From positions 1-12,001 of IMG/VR virus record IMGVR_UViG_2711768053_000012: a stretch of DNA of 12,001 nt; one strand, written 5' to 3'. The position numbers and the translations under genes are program-made. Source of the DNA: a virus. Lineage: Duplodnaviria; Heunggongvirae; Uroviricota; Caudoviricetes. The notes below the pieces were generated by a model. That model saw nothing but the letters and a program-made list of their open reading frames with translations. It did no database searches and was not told the origin of the DNA. Each line of letters begins with the position of its first letter. The first letter of the stretch is position 1. Shown here piece by piece: positions 1 through 6,070 of this stretch.

Positions 1-256
1 TGTTGGTTCCCATTGTTTCAAGGTCGATCATCAGGTGGTACCACACTCTGCTGGTGGATGTGATAACGTGATGACCGTTCACCGCAATTAAGGAATCTGC
101 CGTCTCGCCAGTTTCATTATCGCTGGCGTGGTCCTGAGCGCTGCCAGCATTCTCCTTGTGTGGATGTTCAGCGCCTTCCATTTCCTCCGGATCATTTTCC
201 TGAACTTCAACCTGATTCTCTTCATCGAATGTTTCCTGGCATGTTGCGTCGCCCAT
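1..256 (-). CDS. Putative phage exonuclease, N-terminal 85 codons only (gene continues past left edge of window)
   Basis: Own translation of the minus strand: ATG at 256..254, open frame to position 2, giving [15 protein letters not shown]...[17 protein letters not shown]. The MIDLETMGT stretch resembles the Exo I motif of DnaQ-like 3'-5' exonucleases. Absent from the ORF track because there is no stop inside the window. The plus-strand ORF 128..397 is its antisense shadow. Confidence 0.4.
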   Translation of the reverse strand, partial: MGDATCQETFDEENQVEVQENDPEEMEGAEHPHKENAGSAQDHASDNETGETADSLIAVNGHHVITSTSRVWYHLMIDLETMGTN

Positions 257-397
257 CACCGCACCACAATCAGGGCAGTTGCCGCCACCGATCTGACCGC
301 AGGCGGTGCAGACTTTTTTTGTTTTAACCTCATTACAGATTTAAGGGTGAACAAATCCCTGCCATTGCTGGCATATAAAAATGAAACCGGATATTAA

Positions 398-601
398 TTA
401 CGGTGCTGTTTTAAGTCCTGCCGGGATTTCGTTATTGTCCATGCGAATAACTTTATCAACCGGATAACAGTTGCCGGGAATTTTCTGTTCCGCTGCGGCA
501 GCCATGCATTCTTTCATTGAGTCATGTATACCAATAACAAGATCGACTGGTTCGCCAGTATTAAGAAAAACTGTCAGAACGAGTGCAAATGCTGTATTCA
601 T
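398..601 (-). CDS. Hypothetical small protein (67 aa) with hydrophobic N-terminus
   Basis: Internal Met of track ORF 398..655 chosen as start because of an AAGGA Shine-Dalgarno about 9 nt upstream on the minus strand. Product MNTAFALVLTVFLNTGEP... has a signal-peptide-like or membrane N-terminus. Its start lies 3 nt after the stop of the upstream gene 604..786. The longer start at 655 cannot be excluded. Confidence 0.4.
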   Translation of the reverse strand: MNTAFALVLTVFLNTGEPVDLVIGIHDSMKECMAAAAEQKIPGNCYPVDKVIRMDNNEIPAGLKTAP

Positions 602-603
602 TG

Positions 604-786
604 TCAGCGTCCTTTTTGCATCAGGCGTAAACGGGCCAGCATTGAAACAATGCATATTTGATTTAATAGCTCCCGTTCGTGTTTTCTCTTATTAATGGCA
701 TCTTCAGTAAATACAGGGTTACTGATTCTGACACCAATTTCAAAACAACCTTCAGACGTATTGACGTTTGGTAATAACGTTTCCAT
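604..786 (-). CDS. Hypothetical small early-left protein (60 aa)
   Basis: Track ORF with GAGGA Shine-Dalgarno 7 nt upstream of the ATG at 786 (minus strand); tightly packed with the next gene. No recognisable motif. Confidence 0.45.
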   Translation of the reverse strand: METLLPNVNTSEGCFEIGVRISNPVFTEDAINKRKHERELLNQICIVSMLARLRLMQKGR

Positions 787-803
787 TATCGCGTCCTCAA
801 CAA

Positions 804-967
804 TGAATTTTGTGATGCGGTGCCTGGTGCCTCCAGGTGACGTTAACCAGTTAACAATTAACGCCGGAATACAGGGAAACCAACTCCATAAAACAAATAC
901 GGAGTACCGATCACTTTTTTAACTGTTCCGCGTGCGCTGAGCCGCATTCACCGCATCACAAAATTCA
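804..967. repeat. Perfect 19-bp inverted repeat (TGAATTTTGTGATGCGGTG at 804-822, CACCGCATCACAAAATTCA at 949-967) flanking a 126-bp spacer
   Basis: Read directly from the sequence. Lies in a roughly 560-bp stretch (787-1345) with no convincing ORF on either strand. The spacer contains further palindromic elements (GTTAACCAGTTAAC, CCTGGTGCCTCCAGG). Confidence 0.8.
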
Positions 968-1354
968 CTTTAAAAAGGGCGGACATCAGCCAGCAATGAA
1001 ACTGATGCCGCCAAAAGGTAATCAACATGGGTTGTTGCAGCGGGGTTGTCACTCAGGCGTATGGTCAACCTGACAACCCGGTGTCCTCAACAGGGGGAAG
1101 GAATAACCCCGCCATACGTACCGCCGCGCCATTTCGCGGAGTGCCACAACCGGAAGCGCACGGTCGAATTAAATTTAACGACACCGTACAGTGAGACGAA
1201 CTTCGCCGTGCGCTTTCGCGTTATGCCCTGACTTTTCAGGGATATATCCTTTCAGTAAACTGTCAGTGCCGGATGCTCACCCGTGTCCGGCGCACGCACT
1301 CCACCTGACCCGCGGAGAACTCCTTAATTACCAACCCTCAGGAGGGTGAAATTT

Positions 1355-1546
1355 ATGACACAAGAAGAAAAAATAATGTTTCTTATGCGCCTGGCTGTGG
1401 AAACCTTTAACGCCCATTGCCAGGTGTCCATTTCACCATCTCACGCCATTTCTCTTGCTACCGAGCAAATGGGGGAGATTGACGTCATTTACGATAAATT
1501 TGAGGCATTCCTGGATAAGAAGCTTATGGCAGAGAAGCGTCAATAA
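1355..1546 (+). CDS. Hypothetical small protein (63 aa), plus-strand gene inside a leftward operon
   Basis: ATG at 1355 preceded by a consensus AGGAGG 9 nt upstream; the track start at 1346 is a GTG in the same frame. Product MTQEEKIMFLMRLAVETFNAHCQ... Its 3' end overlaps the 3' end of the convergent minus-strand gene 1524..2129 by 23 nt. Confidence 0.45.
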   Translation: MTQEEKIMFLMRLAVETFNAHCQVSISPSHAISLATEQMGEIDVIYDKFEAFLDKKLMAEKRQ

Positions 1547-2129
1547 TTCTCATTACCCATCGTAAATATACCGGAGTGGGCTTGACGTTGTGTTTTTCAA
1601 GCTCGCTCTTCATTACTTCCTGCAACTTTGAGCTGATAATAAACAAATCAGGTTTATCGTTATTATTTTTATCAGCATCGTCTTTTTTTGTTTTCGACTC
1701 TTGTGGTGAATGCTCGAAAGTAACTTGCAGGGTATTATTTTTAGCGTCCGCAGAGCCTAAAGTATGTGCATATGGATGTGCTATTGTGCGCCCCTGTAAA
1801 TTTGCATCGTTTTCTAAATCTTTTGATTTCAACAGAACATCAGCAAGACTCTGAATCATGCAGAGATAATCAAAAGCAGTTGCCGTTTCTGTTCTGATTG
1901 ATGAAAGAACATGGCCATTCACGCAAACAGAAATTACCCGTTCATTAACATCGCTTTCCTGCTTTTGATTATCAGAACCATATAACCCAGAAAAAGCATT
2001 GCGCACATTACGAACCATATTATCGATGGTTTCTTTTTTAGCGGATGCCGGGTCAATTTCCACCAGGCTATCACTGAGTGTCGTTGCAGCAATTGTCTGG
2101 ATTTCTTTTGGTAAATCTTTAAATTCCAT
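1524..2129 (-). CDS. Hypothetical protein (201 aa), AT-rich, hydrophilic
   Basis: Track ORF with GAGG Shine-Dalgarno 8 nt upstream of the ATG at 2129; follows the upstream gene (stop at 2152) after a 22-nt gap. Lys/Asp/Asn-rich; no recognised domain. Appears AT-richer than neighbours by eye. Confidence 0.6.
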   Translation of the reverse strand: MEFKDLPKEIQTIAATTLSDSLVEIDPASAKKETIDNMVRNVRNAFSGLYGSDNQKQESDVNERVISVCVNGHVLSSIRTETATAFDYLCMIQSLADVLLKSKDLENDANLQGRTIAHPYAHTLGSADAKNNTLQVTFEHSPQESKTKKDDADKNNNDKPDLFIISSKLQEVMKSELEKHNVKPTPVYLRWVMRIIDASLP

Positions 2130-2151
2130 TATTAGCCTCGTTGGTTAGCTA

Positions 2152-2370
2152 TTAACGCGGGTATGTAATCATTCTGGCAACGCTTAATGCCGCTGCCTTT
2201 GTCAGACTGGCGATATCCTGCTCCAGAGCGGACAGATTTTCAGCCTGCTTAGCCCTGGCTTCATTGGCCCATTTCAGATCCTGCGCTGCATTAATTTTCT
2301 GGCGCATCCACTCATAAAGTTCATCATCGGTATAGTCTGGCGCGATGATGACGGGTTCTCGTTTCTGCAT
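2152..2370 (-). CDS. Hypothetical small phage protein (72 aa)
   Basis: Track ORF; same orientation and tight spacing with flanking leftward genes. Product MQKREPVIIAPDYTDDELYEWMRQKINAAQ... Confidence 0.55.
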   Translation of the reverse strand: MQKREPVIIAPDYTDDELYEWMRQKINAAQDLKWANEARAKQAENLSALEQDIASLTKAAALSVARMITYPR

Positions 2371-2400
2371 ACTGAATTCCTCGCGGTGCTGTTTCGCTTA

Positions 2401-2529
2401 TCAGCCGTTAGATTTTGCCGAACTGGAAAGCGCCTGTTCAAATTCGCTGAAGCTGAGGACTTCTTCGCCTTCGGCAAGGCCTTCGAAGTATTCTTCGTAA
2501 GCCTTTTCCATGATTGTGTCGAAATCCAT
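2401..2529 (-). CDS. ydaG: YdaG-like small protein (42 aa)
   Basis: Below the size cutoff of the ORF track; found by my own reverse-complement translation: MDFDTIMEKAYEEYFEGLAEGEEVLSFSEFEQALSSSAKSNG. ATG at 2529, TGA at 2403-2401. Matches my recollection of E. coli Rac prophage YdaG. Start lies 2 nt after the ydaF-like stop. Confidence 0.6.
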   Translation of the reverse strand: MDFDTIMEKAYEEYFEGLAEGEEVLSFSEFEQALSSSAKSNG

Positions 2530-2530
2530 A

Positions 2531-2686
2531 TCACTCACCTGAGTTTCTTTCCAGCCAGCGACGGGCACCATTTTCGGTTTTAAACGTTTTGCTTATGGTA
2601 TACGTCATCGCGGTGAATGTGCCGTCCTGGTTGGGAAACACGCCGTATACCAGAGATTCGTTGTTGCCAAGATCGATAGTATCCAT
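2531..2686 (-). CDS. ydaF: YdaF-like small protein (51 aa, DUF1391-like)
   Basis: Internal Met of track ORF 2531..2764 with GAGG Shine-Dalgarno 5 nt upstream. Product MDTIDLGNNESLVYGVFPNQDGTFTAMTYTISKTFKTENGARRWLERNSGE matches my recollection of Rac prophage YdaF. The 77-aa extended form is less likely. Confidence 0.6.
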   Translation of the reverse strand: MDTIDLGNNESLVYGVFPNQDGTFTAMTYTISKTFKTENGARRWLERNSGE

Positions 2687-2864
2687 GCTGACCTCATTTC
2701 CCCTTAACGCCGGGGTAGCGGAACAAAAACCTGCTGCATAGTTAAAGTTGAACCCTGCCGTCATGTTCTTACGCCTCGGGCTGGCTACTTAACCCCTGAC
2801 CACTGCCTGGTAACTCGAAGTATTGCCCTGCATTCTGTGGGGCGGGGTGGGTTGGTATGCAATA

Positions 2865-2893
2865 AATCTAAAAGTATTTAGTTTTATAGTCAA
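2865..2893 (-). promoter_or_regulatory. pL-like leftward promoter with overlapping operator palindrome
   Basis: On the minus strand: -35 TTGACT (plus 2888-2893), 17-nt spacer, -10 TAGATT (plus 2865-2870). Overlaps the imperfect palindrome AATCTAA-AAGTAT-TTAGTTT at 2865-2884, which has the same 7-6-7 architecture as sites next to the cro-like gene. Confidence 0.45.
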
Positions 2894-2910
2894 GGAAAAT
2901 CTAAATTAAT

Positions 2911-2938
2911 TTAAAAAAAGGTCGGCATAACCGACCTT
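2911..2938 (-). terminator. Rho-independent terminator downstream of the repressor gene
   Basis: Minus-strand hairpin AAGGTCGG-ttatg-CCGACCTT followed by a 7-T run, immediately after the repressor stop at 2960. Confidence 0.6.
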
Positions 2939-2959
2939 AAGTTCAAGAACATGGCAGGG

Positions 2960-3607
2960 TTATAGGTTGAACTGTACACCTTTTGCTACGGCAACAATTT
3001 TACACTCTGGCGTAAGCAAGGATGATTGATAGCGCGGATTGAGAGGGCTTAAATACACAAGTTTTCCATCAATAACTAATTTTTTTATAGTCATAGACGG
3101 TTCATTTGTAAGAGGATCTGGAACTATTACAGCGACGATACTGCCATTTTTATAACTTTCTCCTGGTCTTAGGATCACAGTGGCACCAACTGGGATACTT
3201 GGCGACCCTGAGGGGTTATGCATAGTGTCATCAGGCATTGAAACGGCAAAATCACCTTCCACTACATCAAAGAATGTGGTGATCCTATCGACATTTCCCA
3301 TTGTTTTCTCTCCTTCTAAGATTAGGAAAGAAATCGCGTCACCCCACGAAAAGTAGGGGATCTTGGTGCCTGGATTGCTCTGCACAAAAGATAGTTCAGG
3401 AGACGATACTCCATACAGGAGATAGGACTCAGTAGTTCCTAATGCTTGGGCTAACTTACTTAGAGCTTTGCTGCCGGGTTCGTTTAGATCTTTCTCCCAG
3501 TACCCTATAGTAACCCCAGTCACGCCTGAAAGCTTACCCAGTTCTACTTGGGTGAGTCCCTTATCTTTTCTGAGTTTCTTAAGCCTGATGCCAAGGCTTT
3601 CCATCAT
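2960..3607 (-). CDS. CI-like prophage repressor (N-terminal HTH_XRE, C-terminal S24 LexA-type self-cleaving peptidase)
   Basis: 215 aa. N-terminal HTH (LTQVELGKLSGVTGVTIGYWE). C-terminal S24 signatures: Ser in AVSMPD and Lys in IKKLVIDGKLVYLSPLNPRYQ, the latter closely resembling lambda CI [27 protein letters not shown] Shine-Dalgarno upstream of the ATG at 3607. Divergent from the cro-like gene. Confidence 0.9.
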   Translation of the reverse strand: MMESLGIRLKKLRKDKGLTQVELGKLSGVTGVTIGYWEKDLNEPGSKALSKLAQALGTTESYLLYGVSSPELSFVQSNPGTKIPYFSWGDAISFLILEGEKTMGNVDRITTFFDVVEGDFAVSMPDDTMHNPSGSPSIPVGATVILRPGESYKNGSIVAVIVPDPLTNEPSMTIKKLVIDGKLVYLSPLNPRYQSSLLTPECKIVAVAKGVQFNL

Positions 3608-3623
3608 TTTCTCCCGCGAGTTG

Positions 3624-3690
3624 AATATAAATTATTTTAGATTGCATTGACCTAAAAAAAATTATCCTGTAATCTAAAAATACTTAGATT
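3624..3690. promoter_or_regulatory. Immunity-region operator/promoter (OR/pR-like): two 7-6-7 palindromic operators and a rightward promoter
   Basis: Perfect palindrome AATCTAA-AAATAC-TTAGATT at 3671-3690 and near-perfect AATATAA-ATTATT-TTAGATT at 3624-3643. Candidate pR: -35 TTGACC 3647-3652, 17-nt spacer, weak -10 TAATCT 3670-3675 overlapping the operator. Sits between the divergent repressor and cro-like genes. Confidence 0.5.
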
Positions 3691-3703
3691 TTAGGAGAGT
3701 GAA

Positions 3704-3931
3704 ATGCGAGTTGATGAACTTGTTCAGTTTTTTGGCTCTGTTCAGAGGGTCGCTGATTTTTATGGGATAACCCGCGAAGCTATTTACATGTGGCGTAAGC
3801 GCCCCGGTGAAATAGTTCCGAAAGGGAGAGCTGCGGAAGCTGCTGCATACTCCAAGGGAAAATTATCTTTGAACCCAGAGCTTTACAAAAAGAAGGATAC
3901 CACTCAGAGCGAAAGGAAGAGTGATTCATGA
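3704..3931 (+). CDS. Cro-like HTH regulator (75 aa)
   Basis: GGAGAG Shine-Dalgarno 6 nt upstream. The motif ELVQFFGSVQRVADFYGITREAIYMWRKRPGEIVP parallels P22 Cro (VIDHFGTQRAVAKALGISDAAVSQWKEVIPE, from memory). First gene rightward of the repressor. Confidence 0.8.
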   Translation: MRVDELVQFFGSVQRVADFYGITREAIYMWRKRPGEIVPKGRAAEAAAYSKGKLSLNPELYKKKDTTQSERKSDS

Positions 3932-4353
3932 AAATCAAGCATGAGCACATCCGCATGGCGATGAATGCCTGGGCGCATCCGGATGGTGAAAAAGTTCCGG
4001 CAGCTGAAATAACCCGGGCTTATTTTGAGCTGGGTATGACGTTCCCGGAACTGTATGACGACAGCCATCCGGAAGCCCTGGCTCGCAATACTCAGAAAAT
4101 TTTCCGCTGGGTGGAGAAAGACACCCCTGATGCGGTTAAAAAAATTCAGGCGTTGTTACCAGCGATCGAAAAAGCAATGCCACCTCTGCTGGTGGCCCGA
4201 ATGCGCAGCCACAGTTCAGCCTATTTTCGGGAGCTGGTGGAGACGCGGGAACGACTGGTGAGAGATGCTGATGATTTTGTCGCAGTGGCGATCGCTGGTT
4301 TCAATCAGATGAATCGTGGTGGTCCGGCGGGAAATGCCCTGGTGATGCACTAA
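3928..4353 (+). CDS. ydaT: YdaT-like protein (CII functional analogue family), 141 aa
   Basis: Start overlaps the cro-like stop (ATGA). N-terminus MKIKHEHI and C-terminal ...VMH match my recollection of Rac/CP-933P YdaT; it occupies the cII position after cro. AGGAAGAG Shine-Dalgarno upstream. Confidence 0.6.
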   Translation: MKIKHEHIRMAMNAWAHPDGEKVPAAEITRAYFELGMTFPELYDDSHPEALARNTQKIFRWVEKDTPDAVKKIQALLPAIEKAMPPLLVARMRSHSSAYFRELVETRERLVRDADDFVAVAIAGFNQMNRGGPAGNALVMH

Positions 4354-4376
4354 AAGCACGGTGTTCGGAGTTTTTT

Positions 4377-5324
4377 ATGAGCAGCAAGCTTCATGGTCTT
4401 GTCTGGGAAGGGTGCGCCTTCACCGGCATGATCTTATCCAGGGTGGCAGTAATGGCTCGCCTTGCAGATTACAGCAATGACGAAGGTGTGTCATGGCCTG
4501 CAGTGGAGACCATTCGTCGTCAGATTGGGGCAAAGAGTGAATCAACGGTTAAAGCTGCGATAGCGGAACTGGAAAAGAACGGCTGGCTGACGAAGGAGGA
4601 ACGTAAGGTCGGTGGGCGTAATGTAAGCAATATCTACCGCCTTAATGTGGAAAAACTCGAAGCAGCAGCAGCGGCGGCGCGTGAGGCATATAAACCGAAA
4701 AGAAAAATTAGCCAGGCAAAAAATGACCCGTCAAATATTGCCCCCTCAACGGTTGACCCCTCAAATTTTGATGGATCAACCATTGATAAAAAACAGTCGG
4801 ATAGGGGGGCGATGGTTGGCCCCGATCCGTCAGTATTAAAACCTGATCCGTCAGATAAAAGATCTTTTCGTCCGGACGCTTCGCAACCGGACCCGCAGAC
4901 GGCTGAACAGGATTTTTTAACCCGACACCCTGACGCGGTTGTGTTCAGTGCGAAAAAACGCCAGTGGGGCAGCCAGGAAGATTTGGCGTGTGCGCAGTGG
5001 ATCTGGGGACGAATCGTGAGTCTTTACGAGCAGGCTGCCAGCGATGATGGCGAAATCATGCGACCGAAAGAACCCAACTGGACTGCATGGGCCAATGATG
5101 TGCGCACAATGCGGATGCTGGATGGCAGAACTCACAGACAAATTTGCGAAATGTTTGGTCGGGTACAGCGGGATCCATTCTGGGTAAAAAACGTCATGAG
5201 CCCGTCAAAGCTTCGCGAAAAATGGGATGAGCTGGTTATTCGTCTGGGGCGTTCGCCTGTACAGCGTTGCGTGAATCACATTTCTGAACCGGATACCGAA
5301 ATTCCGCCGGGCTTCAGGGGGTAA
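4377..5324 (+). CDS. Phage replication initiation protein (N-terminal HTH DNA-binding domain, low-complexity linker, C-terminal domain; lambda O-like organisation)
   Basis: 315 aa. N-terminal region LSRVAVMARLADYSNDEGVSWPAVETIRRQIGAKSESTVKAAIAELEKNGWL is typical of phage replication-initiator HTH domains. The linker DPSNIAPSTVDPSNFDGS...PDPSVLKPDPSDK is encoded by iteron-like DNA repeats. Sits after the cro/cII-like genes. Confidence 0.7.
   Translation: MSSKLHGLVWEGCAFTGMILSRVAVMARLADYSNDEGVSWPAVETIRRQIGAKSESTVKAAIAELEKNGWLTKEERKVGGRNVSNIYRLNVEKLEAAAAAAREAYKPKRKISQAKNDPSNIAPSTVDPSNFDGSTIDKKQSDRGAMVGPDPSVLKPDPSDKRSFRPDASQPDPQTAEQDFLTRHPDAVVFSAKKRQWGSQEDLACAQWIWGRIVSLYEQAASDDGEIMRPKEPNWTAWANDVRTMRMLDGRTHRQICEMFGRVQRDPFWVKNVMSPSKLREKWDELVIRLGRSPVQRCVNHISEPDTEIPPGFRG
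4725..4905 (+). repeat. Iteron-like direct repeats (candidate replication origin) inside the replication initiator gene
   Basis: GACCCGTCAAATATTG (4725-4740), GACCCCTCAAATTTTG (4755-4770), GATCCGTCAGTATTAAA (4824-4840), GATCCGTCAGATAAAA (4845-4860), plus degenerate copies near 4741-4750 and 4890-4899. Consensus GAYCCNTCA followed by an A/T-rich tail. Confidence 0.55.
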
Positions 5325-5366
5325 GTGTTGATTTGAGGTTATGAAGTTATTTTCTCAGGAGAGTTT

Positions 5367-5768
5367 ATGGGGACTATTTATACCGAAGAACAGCGGGAAA
5401 GATTACAGCGTCATATCGTTGACCTTGTGCGTAAAAACGGGCGTATGACAATGCCACAACTGGCATCGGCAACATATGCTTCACATGATTCCATTCGCCG
5501 GTACCTGAAGATGCTGGTGAGCGAGGGCGAAGTGTATGTTGTCAGCGGAAAAGGGGTATTCCTTTCAGAGAGGGTTTACCGTGAATGGCTGGCAAGTTCG
5601 GCAAGAAAAGCAAGGGTTATCCGCAAACCAGCACAAAAACAGGGTAAGGCAGGAGCACAACCCTATGACCGGCACCAGAACATAATTTGCCGTGAGTGCC
5701 GGAAGAGTGAAGTTATGCAGCGTGTACTGGCGTTCTATCAGGGAGATTTTCAGGAGGTGATGGAGTGA
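5367..5768 (+). CDS. Hypothetical phage protein with probable winged-helix DNA-binding N-terminus (133 aa)
   Basis: AGGAGA Shine-Dalgarno 5 nt upstream of ATG. The segment NGRMTMPQLASATYASHDSIRRYLKMLVSEGEV is wHTH-like; basic C-terminal tail. No helicase-loader features. Confidence 0.6.
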   Translation: MGTIYTEEQRERLQRHIVDLVRKNGRMTMPQLASATYASHDSIRRYLKMLVSEGEVYVVSGKGVFLSERVYREWLASSARKARVIRKPAQKQGKAGAQPYDRHQNIICRECRKSEVMQRVLAFYQGDFQEVME

Positions 5769-6070
5769 GGGTGAGGGTTTATATCGCCGGTCCGATGACC
5801 GGGTATAAAAATTTCAACCGTGAGGCGTTCCACAAGGCGGAAGAGGAACTGAAACGGGAAGGGCATACAGTCTTAAACCCAGCAGTACTTCCGGACGGAC
5901 TGACGCAGCCACACTATATGGATATTTGCATGGCAATGATTCGTTGTGTGGATGCGATTTACATGCTGAAAGGCTGGCAGCGGTCAGCAGGTGCTAAGGC
6001 AGAACTGGCACTGGCGGAGAAGCTGGGGCATGCAGTTATTTTTCAGGAGGCAACCAGTGAGCAACATTAA
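5765..6070 (+). CDS. DUF4406-like protein (nucleoside 2-deoxyribosyltransferase-like fold), 101 aa
   Basis: GTG start at 5765 overlapping the upstream stop, AGGAGG 7 nt upstream. N-terminal VYIAGPMTGYKNFNREAFHKAEEELKREGHTVLNP matches my recollection of the DUF4406 signature (YIAGPMTG...NP). Confidence 0.65.
   Translation: MRVRVYIAGPMTGYKNFNREAFHKAEEELKREGHTVLNPAVLPDGLTQPHYMDICMAMIRCVDAIYMLKGWQRSAGAKAELALAEKLGHAVIFQEATSEQH

Noticed and set aside
128-397. Plus-strand ORF of 89 aa
   Set aside because: Antisense shadow of the minus-strand exonuclease-like gene; no ribosome-binding site and a Cys/Phe/Leu-rich composition typical of an off-strand frame.
471-922. Plus-strand ORFs 471..695 and 695..922
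   Set aside because: They overlap the better-supported minus-strand genes 398..601 and 604..786 and their upstream region; no ribosome-binding sites.
1046-1231. Plus-strand ORF of 61 aa in the non-coding stretch
   Set aside because: No ribosome-binding site and an Arg/Pro-rich product typical of GC-rich frame noise; the region looks structural or regulatory.
1576-1854. Plus-strand ORF of 92 aa
   Set aside because: Lies entirely inside and antisense to the 201-aa gene 1524..2129; Ser/Phe/Leu-rich antisense composition.
2274-2764. Track ORFs 2274..2534 (-), 2386..2583 (+), 2514..2741 (+) and the long form 2531..2764 (-)
   Set aside because: Wrong-frame or over-extended ORFs overlapping the ydaG-like (2401..2529) and ydaF-like (2531..2686) genes, which have ribosome-binding sites and recognisable products.
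3468-3650. Plus-strand ORF of 60 aa
   Set aside because: Antisense to the 5' end of the CI-like repressor gene and overlapping its promoter region.
4725-4905. Possibility that the short direct repeats are a CRISPR array
   Set aside because: Repeats are about 16 bp, degenerate, irregularly spaced, lie inside a coding region and lack uniform spacers; iterons fit far better.
4055-5141. Internal alternative-frame ORFs 4055..4261 (+), 4645..4839 (+), 4917..5141 (-)
   Set aside because: Embedded in the YdaT-like and replication initiator genes; Arg/Trp/Cys-rich compositions and no start signals.
5991-6056. Upstream ATG start (5991) for the Ead/Ea22-like gene
   Set aside because: Would overlap the DUF4406-like gene by 80 nt; the GTG at 6057 has the conserved CAGGAGG ribosome-binding site at correct spacing.
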